A stretch of 30,572 bases of DNA from Octopus sinensis (GCF_006345805.1 NW_021832483.1:1-30572), one strand, 5' to 3'. Positions 12,724-22,065 are shown, numbered from the stretch's first letter. Translations and numbers: made by a program. The notes: generated from the letters alone by a model not told the origin.

Positions 12724-12930
12724 TGTTGAAATTATAATTAATCTCCCTCTGATTAATGCTTCGGACTTTACCGAATAAGCATAGAGTTTGATGATTTTAA
12801 CCCACGCTGGGAAAGGGGAGACAGAGATTCTTCGCTTGCTTATTTTGAATTTGCTGGCACTGTTAGTTGGGAGCAGATCTTCGAGAGGGTATGTTCTTAT
12901 TTTCAGTGTTTCCAATCCAAACCAAGGAAT

Positions 12931-12987
12931 TTCCGAGCCGATGATAGAAATGTTGTTTTGACTAATCTTGAAACGTACGTTCTCGAA
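12931..12987 (+). ncRNA. Type I minimal hammerhead ribozyme-like motif, predicted cleavage after 12981 (GUU)
   Basis: Stem I CGAG(12934-37)/CTCG(12982-85). Core CCGATGA (12938-44, U4C variant). Stem II region 12945-69 (AGA/TCT plus GTT/GAC). GAAAC (12970-74), palindromic tetraloop GTAC, then GT-T. Confidence 0.65.
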
Positions 12988-13472
12988 TAACCTTAGCATT
13001 TGATTTTTCGATGTCATTACCCCCAAACTTTGTGAGTTAAATTATGCAAACACTATATATGAGAGAGATTTTCTTTAAGTATTAGAAATAGCCTTAAAAA
13101 GTTTTTTAGCTGCTATTTCTAATGAGTTCAGTATGCGGCAAAGTAATTTATTTTACTAAGCCCTTTTATATAATGAATAATTTGAAATCGCCTTGAATGG
13201 TCCCTTTGCATACTGAACACTTGGTGAAATTGATTAATAATTAATTAATTTTGCCCTCAATTGTTGAAATTATAATTAATCTCCCTCTGATTAATGCTTC
13301 GGACTTTACCGAAATAAGCATAGAGTTTGATGATTTTAACCCACGCTGGTGGAAAGGGGAGAACAGAGATTCTTCGCTTGCTTATTTTGAATTTGCTGGC
13401 ACTGTTAGTTGGGAGCAGATCTTCGAGAGGGTATTTCTTATTTTCAGTGTTTCCAAATCCAAACCAAGGAAT

Positions 13473-13529
13473 TTCCGAGCCGATGATAGAAATGTTGTTT
13501 TGACTAATCTTGAAACGTACGTTCTCGAA
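13473..13529 (+). ncRNA. Type I minimal hammerhead ribozyme-like motif, predicted cleavage after 13523
   Basis: Identical to the motif at 12931-12987; the predicted cleavage sites are 542 bp apart. Confidence 0.65.
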
Positions 13530-13808
13530 TAACCTTAGCATTGATTTTTCGATGTCATTACCCCCAAACTTTGTGAGTTAAATTATGCAAACACTATATA
13601 TGAGAGAGATTTTCTTTAAGTATTAGAAATAGCCTTAAAAAAGTTTTTTAGCTGCTATTTCTAATGAGTTCAGATGCGGCAAAGTAATTTATTTTACTAA
13701 GCCCTTTTATATAATGTAATAATTTGAAATCGCCTTGAATGGTCCCTTTGCATACTGAACACTTGGTGAAATTGATTAATAATTAATTAATTTTGCCCTC
13801 AATTGTTG

Positions 13809-13812
<4 letters not shown>

Positions 13813-13901
<89 letters not shown>

Positions 13902-13910
13902 GGTAGATAT
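13813..13910. repeat. (TA)n-(GATA)n microsatellite
   Basis: Direct. Confidence 0.95.
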
Positions 13911-13913
13911 ATA

Positions 13914-14022
13914 TCACGTGATTGACTAGATTATCAAATGTTATACATCGCTGGACACAATGCACTTTCTCTGTTTCAGATTTCGAATGATGCAACCCCG
14001 TTGGCTTGGCGAGCAGACCAAT
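13914..14022 (-). mobile_element. 3' fragment of SINE family C
   Basis: Diverged reverse complement of ~5335-5450. Confidence 0.7.
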
Positions 14023-14047
14023 ACATAAACGTATACATACATACATG

Positions 14048-14114
<67 letters not shown>

Positions 14115-14127
14115 AATACTAGGACAG

Positions 14128-14326
14128 TGAGCTGGCCGAATCGTTAATACGCCGGGCAAAACAGCGATAATTTCGTTCGTCTTCACGTTCTGACTTCAAA
14201 TCCCGCCGAGGTTGACTTTGCCTTTCATCCTTTCGCGGTCGATAAAAATAAGTACCGCTTGTACACTGAGCTTGAAGTAATCGTCTTAACTCCTCCTCCT
14301 CCGAAATTGCTGGCCTCGTGTCAAAA
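14128..14326 (+). mobile_element. SINE family A, monomeric copy
   Basis: GAGCTGGCCGAATCGTTAATACGCCGGGC...GACTTTGCCTTTCATCCTTTCGCGGTCGATAAA. Confidence 0.88.
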
Positions 14327-14643
14327 AGTTGTAACCAATATACACCAATACAGGAAATACAATTACACATACACACCCACACACACACACACAAACACAC
14401 ACACATACACCAATGCATTACTGAATAAACTTGTTTTCTAATGAATGGCGTTCATCTTTAATTCAAGCAAAATAGTTTCGTAACAATGTTTTTTCTAGTA
14501 TTTATTATTGTTATATTTTGGGGTTGTTTTGCTTCTTAAGAACTATTGTTGCCATGTTACTAGTCATTGCCCCACTTTTCCAAGGTTTTTCCGAACAACA
14601 ACAACAACAACAAAAACAACAACAACAAAAACAACAACAATAA

Positions 14644-14746
14644 AAATATTCTGCTCAACACCACAGTATTGAGGTAGTCATGATGGGTATACTGGGCTTC
14701 GTATATTTTACCCACGTTCCACTTTGATGCCATACACTGCTCTCTC
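14644..14746 (+). mobile_element. Truncated and internally deleted copy of non-coding retroposon family D
   Basis: AAATATTCTGCTCAACACCACAG is joined to the family D 3' end (GGTAGTCATGATGGGTATACTGGGCTTCG...CTGCTCTCTC) and followed by (AAT)n. Confidence 0.8.
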
Positions 14747-14810
<64 letters not shown>

Positions 14811-14813
<3 letters not shown>

Positions 14814-15371
14814 TGCCCTGATGCAGTACCAGGCAGTGGCTCTCATGGCTTCTGATCTTAACTGATTGGAAGTGTTATCATGTACATTGTTTTGTCTTGG
14901 TATAAAAATGGGTTACAGCAATATTCTGCTCAATATAACACAGATTTGCTTGTCAGTTGTTTGACCTTAACCAGTTGACCATGTCCCTTAGTGGCTGACT
15001 ATAGGTGCATCTCTGATCACGAGCAGAAGTAGTAGGGGAGCATCATAGCCATGTGTTGAGAGGGATTCTTTGGGGTTTGAATAATTCACCTCTGGAAACA
15101 TGGGTGGTTCGTTCAACATCCTTAAACAATCCTTATTCAGGGACCTTTTGAGCGGGATGGGCTACTCGACCTGAAGAAAATTCTAACTGGGCCCCACCTG
15201 CGAGGTCATGCGCTGTTTATCTTGATATGAGATCACCACTATGTTGCGTACATATAGTTGTGATGCATGTGCCTAGTGTACCCTTATCAGACGGGTAGAC
15301 ATGATGGGTATACTGGGCTTCGTATATTTTACCCCAGCGTCACTTTGATAGCATGCTCTGCTCTCTAACTC
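14811..15371 (+). mobile_element. ~560-bp non-coding retroposon (family D), full copy in (AAT)n
   Basis: Four related copies in the window. No credible ORF. (AAT)n upstream and AAT/AAC/ACT triplets downstream. Confidence 0.85.
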
Positions 15372-15440
15372 AGTAATACAACAACAACTACTACTACTAC
15401 TACTACTACAACTACTACCACCACCACCGCCACCACCACC

Positions 15441-15531
<91 letters not shown>

Positions 15532-15783
15532 GCCCGCTACGCATGCAAGACTCTAGGAGCTCCAACAAAACTTGTGATAAAGAGAAAATAATAATAATGA
15601 CATCAATGATAATAACAACAACATTATTAATATCATTATTGTGGTTGTTGTTCGTTTTGGGTCGATATACTAAGAACCAGTTGAGCATTGGAGTCCATGT
15701 ACTCAACTCCCCACCACCGCCACCACCCAAAATTTCAGGCCTTGAACCTATAGTAGAAAAGATTATTATTATCATTATTATTA

Positions 15784-15846
<63 letters not shown>

Positions 15847-15893
15847 TATTATTATTATTATTATTATTATCATTATTATTATTATTATTATTA

Positions 15894-15935
<42 letters not shown>

Positions 15936-15994
15936 TCTTCTTCTTCTTTCTTCTTATTATTATTACTATTATATTATTATTATTATTATTATTA

Positions 15995-16029
<35 letters not shown>
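15372..16029. repeat. Compound triplet microsatellite region (AAC/ACT/ACC/AAT then TAT) with short unique spacer
   Basis: Direct. Confidence 0.9.
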
Positions 16030-16534
16030 GAGTGAGAGAGCAGTGCATGCCATCAAAGTGACACTGGGGTAAAATATACGAAGCCCAGTATACCCATCAT
16101 GTCTACCCGTCTGATAAGGGTACACTAGGCACATGCATCACAACTATATGTACGCAACATAGTGGTGATCTCATATCAAGATAAACAGCACATGACCTTG
16201 CAGGTGGGGCCCAGTTAGAATTTTCTTCAGGTTAGTAGCCATCCCGCTCAAAAGGTCCTGAATAAGGGGTTTTGGATGTTGAAAGAACCACCCATGTTTC
16301 CAGAGGTGAATTATTCAAACCCCAAAGAATCCCTCTCAAACATGGCTATGATGCTCCCCCACTACTTCTGCTCGTGATCAGAGATGCACATAACGTCAGC
16401 CACTAAGGGACATGGTCAACTGGTTAAGGTCAAACAACTGACAAGCAAATCTGTGGTATGAGCAGAATATTTGCTGTAGCCCATCTTTTATACCAAGACA
16501 AAACAATGTACATGATAACACTTCCAATCAGTTA
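16030..16534 (-). mobile_element. Family D retroposon, 5'-truncated
   Basis: Reverse complement of ~14850-15371, flanked by (TAT)n on both sides. Confidence 0.88.
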
Positions 16535-16540
16535 TTATTA

Positions 16541-16623
<83 letters not shown>

Positions 16624-16627
<4 letters not shown>

Positions 16628-17120
16628 TAGTTTTATTTTTATAGCGTGCTTTCACTTCACTACCGAGCGCAGCTCTGTGTGCCTTGGGTATGTGCTGTGA
16701 TTTGTTGTGATGCTCTGATGGTTATTGTATGGAAAGTGTTCTGCGTAGGATGTGTGCAGTGCCTAGTAGTGCAATTTTCTGTATGTTATATGTGTTTGGT
16801 AAGTCCTGGTGTTTTTGTTATGTATTTGTCTGAATATTTTTTTTATCATGCCTATGCACCTACTATGATAGGAATTGTTTCTGTTTTCAGGTTCCACATT
16901 CTAGTTATCTCTATTTCCAGGTCTTTGTATTTTGAGAGTTTTCTCTATTTCTTTTAGAGACACGTTGTCATCTGCCGTATTGATACATCAATTAGAAAGC
17001 ATTTTTTTTCTTCATGATCTCTGACAACTATATCTGGTCTGTTGGCTTTAATTTCTCTATCTGTGTGTATCGGCATATCCCAGAGTATGGTTGCTTTCTC
17101 GTTTTCTCTGTGACCTTTTC
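16624..17120 (-). mobile_element. R4/Dong-like non-LTR retrotransposon 3' end (RLE domain), subfamily 2
   Basis: Minus strand reads ...ATILWDMPIHTDREIKANRPDIVVRDHEEKKCFLIDVSI...KYKDLEIEITRMWNLKTETIPIIVGA...GTAHILRRTLSIQ* (stop 16722-24). The 3' UTR ends in (TAA)n. Confidence 0.9.
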
Positions 17121-17196
17121 TTCTTCTTCTTCTTCTTCTTCTTCTTCTTCTTCTTTTCTTCTTCTTATTATTATTATATTATTATTATTATTATTA

Positions 17197-17230
<34 letters not shown>

Positions 17231-17231
<1 letters not shown>

Positions 17232-17706
17232 CTTTTTTTTTTCTTCTTTCAAATTTTCTTCCATTTCTTGCCGAGTGTCTTCCCGACTCCTAGGGCAAAG
17301 AAACTCATAGTGTATATTGGTAGGCCATTAAACCAAACTCAGTAGTTCGTTCATTTTTTTAAAAATTAAAATACATGAGCAGCAACAGTTCTCACATCGA
17401 CAATGCTCTTCTCAATACGTGTGATGTACCAGTTAAGACAATCTTTTGCACTTCTTGCAGGGATGGTAAGCCAGGGATCATTCTCATATAATTTTCGGTT
17501 CCCTTCTTGATCATTCCTAGTGCTCCTACGATCACTGGTATTGTAACCGCCTTGAGATGCACATTTTCTCAATTATATGAGTAGGTCCTTTATATTTTTC
17601 TGAGCTTGTCAAACTCTTTCGGCTGAGATATTATGATCACAGGGGATGCTCATGTCGATCAATAAGCAAACTTTATTGTTTTGGTCTTTCACAACAATAT
17701 CTGGTT

Positions 17707-17707
<1 letters not shown>
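17231..17707 (-). mobile_element. R4/Dong-like non-LTR retrotransposon 3' end (RLE domain), subfamily 3
   Basis: Minus strand reads KPDIVVKDQNNKVCLLIDMSIPCDHNISAKEFDKL...AVTIPVIVGALGMIKKG...GTSHVLRRALSM* (stop 17392-94). Flanked by (TAA)n on both sides. Confidence 0.88.
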
Positions 17708-17798
<91 letters not shown>

Positions 17799-17816
17799 TT
17801 ATTATTATTATTATTA

Positions 17817-17881
<65 letters not shown>

Positions 17882-18349
17882 TTCAGTCGGGCAAACTTTT
17901 TAATCATGAAAACTTGTGAAAAAAAAAGGTATCTGAGAATATACATATATATATTAAACAATCTCAGTTGGAGTGCCCACATCAACAATAAAGTCGATAT
18001 AGCTCGTAGGATGAGCTCCTGGATCCTAAGAACCTTCCGGTCCAGAGAACAAGGTGCCGTCATTCCACTTTTCTCCTCCTTTACACGGCCACACCTCGAA
18101 TACTACTGCCCCCTATGATTTCCCCATACAAAACTGAATCACCCCAGAGAGTATTCACTAAACGAATTAAGAGCATGACTGATCTCGATTACTGGGACCG
18201 CCTTAAAGCATTGAAACACTATTCTCTTCAGCGCCGCCGAAAGCGATATATTATTTGCACAATGTGGAGAATATATCACCAGCATTGCCCAAACGACTTC
18301 AACATTAGCTTCAAAATTCATCCAAGTCTAGGACCACGGGCCATACATC
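17882..18349 (+). mobile_element. CR1/L2-group LINE fragment (region C-terminal to RT)
   Basis: NNLSWSAHINNKVDIARRMSSWILRTFRSREQ...RPHLEYYCPL and PQRVFTKRIKSMTDLDYWDRLKALKHYSLQRRRKRY are characteristic CR1-type ORF2 C-terminal motifs. Frameshifted. Confidence 0.85.
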
Positions 18350-18739
18350 CCACAAGGCCCGAAATTTTTGTTTTGGGGTGGGAGGAGGGAGTCGATTAGA
18401 TCGATCCCAGTACGCAACTGGTACTTAATTTATCGACTCCGAAAGGATGAAAGGCAAAGTCGACCTCGGCGGAATTTGAACTCAGAACGTAAAGACAGAC
18501 GAAATACCTATTTCTTTATTACCCACAAGGGGCTAAATACAGAGAGGATAAACAAGGACAGACAAACGGATTAAGTGGATTATATCGACCCCAGTGAAAA
18601 ACTGGTACTTATTTAATCGACCCCGAAAGGATGAAAGGCAAAGTCGACCTCGGCGGAATTTGAACTCAGAACGTAGCGGCAGACGAAATACCGCCAAGCA
18701 TTTCGTCCGACCTGTTAACGTTTCTGCCAGCTCGCCGCC
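18350..18739 (-). mobile_element. SINE family A, dimeric copy
   Basis: Same two-monomer layout and junction as 891-1267, in the opposite orientation (monomer junction at 18508/18509). Confidence 0.9.
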
Positions 18740-18842
18740 ATTAAAATTGAAAGCCGCCCATATTTTCAGAATTATCTATGCCTCAACAACTCTCCTTCTC
18801 TTTGCATGCAAATAAGTCGAATGACGACACGTTGCTTCTACT

Positions 18843-19225
18843 TAGAAGTAACGTGTCGTCATTCGACTTCTTGTTGAAGGAGAGGTATAGGCTGTGCTAC
18901 CTCCAGAGAAAGCCTCAGGTTGCTTACGGAGACAACACGACTAATGAGAATGGTGTGCACAGATAAGTTTAGACAAGGAGATACCAACATTGAAAACAAA
19001 CCACGCAATAGGAGACCGTCACTTGTGACTCCCGACACGAATGAGCAACATGTAGGCGAATTGACTCGCATGGAGAGAGTCACAATCCGTGAGCTTGATT
19101 CATAAATGAACTGTGGTTACACTGAATTACAGAGGATGGTGGAAGAGTTTGGATATTGGAAAGTGTGCAAAATGAGTACCCTGGCAGTTGACATCTGATT
19201 TGAAGGAGAATGTTTCTGAGCAAGA
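18843..19225 (+). pseudogene. Mariner transposase N-terminal remnant (HTH plus WVP linker)
   Basis: Reading across frameshifts: ..RVVIR.FLLKE...AYGDNT...DKFRQGDTNIENKPRNRRPS...RVTIREL...GYWKVC..VPWQLTSDLKEN. Confidence 0.7.
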
Positions 19226-20256
19226 GGAACGTTGACTGCTTCCCCAACGTAGTTTAGAAACTTTGCTTTTGATACTCCGCTGCACATGTTATTCAGAAAA
19301 ATATAAATATAATATATCTTCTCATCTTTAATTCATAAACCTAAGGATATGGAGACATATCGGACGAACTCCAAAAATTATCGCCATTTTCTTTGCAAGT
19401 CGATTTCAGAAAGCAGCTCTAATTCCCAGTCTTCGCAAATTTAACATAAAATACATCGCAATGGATCTTGTTGATATCCACAAGGGACTTTTCAAATGTA
19501 TAAGAAATCAATATTTATTTCATCATGAAATATTTTGTTGAGTTTATCATCATAGTTAACATTGTTAGTTTTGGTAATTAAAGAGTCAAGAATATAAACA
19601 ACGGTTGTCATGGTTATTAATATGTAGATTTTAAGACTTGGACAATGTTGCCTTGCTAGTTTGCAACGGTGTCTCTGAACAGAAGCCGAAGTCTATTAAG
19701 TCCGTAAATTGCAAATTGGAAATGCAAAGTTGCTAGGGTTTTTTTTTACAAATTAAAGTATTTACTACTTAAAATGTCTGTTTTGTGACTTAAATGGCGG
19801 CAGATATACTAATAACAGATATAGTAGAAAAATACTCCCCTATCTAGGAGAGACAGTGTTAAAAATCTAGATGAGACAGTTGTTATTGTTGTTGTTGAAT
19901 GGTTCTAGTAGAGACAAAGGTGACAAGTTTAAGTGAGATCGAAACGACAGACGTAGCTATGGAGGAGGCAAGAGATTCAGTAGAGACAATGGCAAGAGAT
20001 GGAGTTAAGACATTGACAACATGTGTGTATAGGAAGCAGTGACGACGAAGGTAGATGAGACAATAAGAAGTCAAGTGTAGTAGAGACTCTGTCAAGAAAT
20101 ATAATTGAGGTCGTAAGAACAGATGTGGCAGTTGGAGACATTGAGAAGGAAAAAGACATGCAGTGGAGAAGAAATGTAATAATCTTTTCTACTCTAGGCA
20201 CAAAGACCGAAATTTGGTGGTGGTGGTGGTGGTGGTAGTGGTGGTGGTGGTAGTGG

Positions 20257-20431
20257 TGGGGGAAGCAGTCGATTAGATCGACACCAGTACACAACTGATA
20301 CTTAATTTATCGACCCCCGAAAGGATGAAAGGCAAAGTCGATCTCGGCGGAATTTGAACTAAGAACGTAAAGTCATACGAAACACCGCTGATCATTTTGC
20401 CCGGCGTGCTAACGTTCCTGCTAGCTCGCCT
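20257..20431 (-). mobile_element. SINE family A, monomeric copy
   Basis: GAAAGGATGAAAGGCAAAGTCGATCTCGGCGGAATTTGAAC...CTAGCTCGCC. Confidence 0.88.
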
Positions 20432-20433
20432 TC

Positions 20434-20500
<67 letters not shown>

Positions 20501-21096
20501 GAGTGAGAGAGCAGTGCATGCCATCAAAGTGGCATTAGGGTAAAATATACGAAGCCCAGTATACCCATCATGACTACCCGTCTGATAAGGGTAAACTAGG
20601 CACATGCACCACAACCATATGTGCGCAACATGGTGATCTCATGTCAAGATAAGCAGCACATGACCTTGCAGGCGGGGCCCAGTTAGAACTTTCTTCTGGT
20701 CGAGTAACCCATCTCGTTCAAAAGGTCCCTGAATAAAGGTTGTTTAAGGATGTTGAAACACCCATGTTTCCAGAGGTGAATTATTCAAACCCCAAAGAAT
20801 CCCTCTTAACACATGGGTATGATGCTCCCCCACTACTTCTGTTCATAATCAGAGATGCACATATCGTCAGCCACTAAGAGACATGCTCAACTGGTTACGG
20901 TCAAACAACTGACAAGCAAATCTGTGGTATTGAGCAGAATATTTGCTGTAGCCCATCTTTTATACCAAGACAAAACAATGTACATGATAACACTTCCAAT
21001 CAGTTAAGATCAGAAGCCATGAGAGCCACTGCCTGGTACTGCATCAGGGCATTTAGGCACCGCATCGGGGCATCCTGGTAGTGCATCAGGGCATTT
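20501..21096 (-). mobile_element. Family D retroposon, full copy with reiterated 5' end
   Basis: Reverse complement of 14811-15371 plus extra GCATC(A/G)GGGCAT reiterations at 21055-21096. (TAT)n and (CAT)n flanks. Confidence 0.9.
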
Positions 21097-21127
<31 letters not shown>

Positions 21128-21147
21128 CATCATCATCATTATTATCA

Positions 21148-21233
<86 letters not shown>

Positions 21234-21243
21234 GTTGTTGTTG

Positions 21244-21277
<34 letters not shown>

Positions 21278-21286
21278 TGTTGTTGT

Positions 21287-21317
<31 letters not shown>

Positions 21318-21351
21318 GTTGTTGTTGTTATTATTATTATTATTACTGTTG

Positions 21352-21415
<64 letters not shown>

Positions 21416-21420
21416 TGTTG

Positions 21421-21456
<36 letters not shown>
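21097..21456. repeat. Compound (CAT)n/(TAT)n/(GTT)n microsatellite
   Basis: Direct. Confidence 0.95.
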
Positions 21457-21458
<2 letters not shown>

Positions 21459-21478
21459 ATAAAGTAAGCATATCTTAA

Positions 21479-22065
21479 AACGTAAGCATATCTTTATGAT
21501 CCAGAAACGAAGGCTCATTCGTGGAATGATGTCGCTCGCCTTCTCCAAAGATTAAGGGTCGGCACAGAAAGTCAAAGAGACTTTCTCGAAGAGATTACAA
21601 GTATGTCATTATCCTTGATTTTCTGAAACCTGGTTGTACTGTGAAGAGCCAGTCGTACATTGAGTTTCACAAACAGTTTAGAGAAGCCATTAGGAAGGAA
21701 AAGGCTGGAGAAAAGGCTGAAAACGATTCTCATTCTCTATAACAATGCTTGACCGCGCACATCTTTGGTAAGAAATCAGGAAAAGTGGGTTGTTTAACGA
21801 TACTCAGTCCATCACACAACTCGTATCTGGCGCTCTTCGACGTTCACAGGTTTGGTTCAAAGATAATCTTCGGGGAAAATGAATTGATAATAAAGACGAA
21901 GTAAAAGTGGCTTTCAAGATATGGATACAACGTAAGCATATCTTTATGATCCAGAAACGAAGGTTCATTCATGGAATGATGTCGCTCGTCTTCTCCAAAG
22001 ATTAAGCGTCGGCACGGAAATATTGGAACAGAATTGGTGACAGCGGATTCATCAGAGACTGGCAA
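21479..22065 (+). pseudogene. Mariner transposase catalytic-domain remnant with a 92-bp duplicated segment
   Basis: YDPETKAHS..., ILDFLKPGCTVKSQSYIEFHKQFREAIRK..., ILYNNA*PRTS..., DNLRGK*IDNKDEVKVAFKIWIQ align by eye to mariner transposase. Confidence 0.7.

Larger units (their letters stand above)
12721..13812 (+). repeat. Inverted arm of the same ~540-bp array (2 units + ~12 bp)
   Basis: Reverse-complement units start at AATTGTTGAAAT 12721, 13259 and 13801. The arm ends at (TA)n/(GATA)n. Confidence 0.97.

Noticed and set aside
13287-13325. Second hammerhead-like string in the unit (CTGATTA...GAAATAAGCATA)
   Set aside because: G8 is missing, helix II is not adjacent to the core, and helix I does not pair.
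6594-13541. Recurrent ORFs in the satellite (MTSKNQMLRLFENV..., MPSIVEIII...)
   Set aside because: They are short, open in different frames from unit to unit, occur on both strands and have no recognisable domain. They are a by-product of tandem repetition.
5901-13812. CRISPR array, rDNA/5S or histone-type tandem gene array
   Set aside because: There are no unique spacers, and no rRNA, tRNA, snRNA or histone sequence is recognisable in the unit.
5901-13812. Helentron/HINE-derived satellite, suggested by the 11-bp subterminal-like inverted repeat
   Set aside because: No 3' hairpin/poly-T or TT target signature was found. The IR pairs more simply across the unit boundary, and the hammerhead plus TA-anchored polarity explains more. 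Not fully excluded.
5172-14022. Inverted SINE C copies flanking the array as composite-transposon ends
   Set aside because: The two copies are diverged and unequally truncated, and other DNA separates the left copy from the array. Independent insertions are more likely.
14811-14880. HDV-like ribozyme at the 5' end of family D (GGC-TCTCATG-GCT resembles P3/L3)
   Set aside because: P1, P1.1 and P2 pairings could not be assembled.
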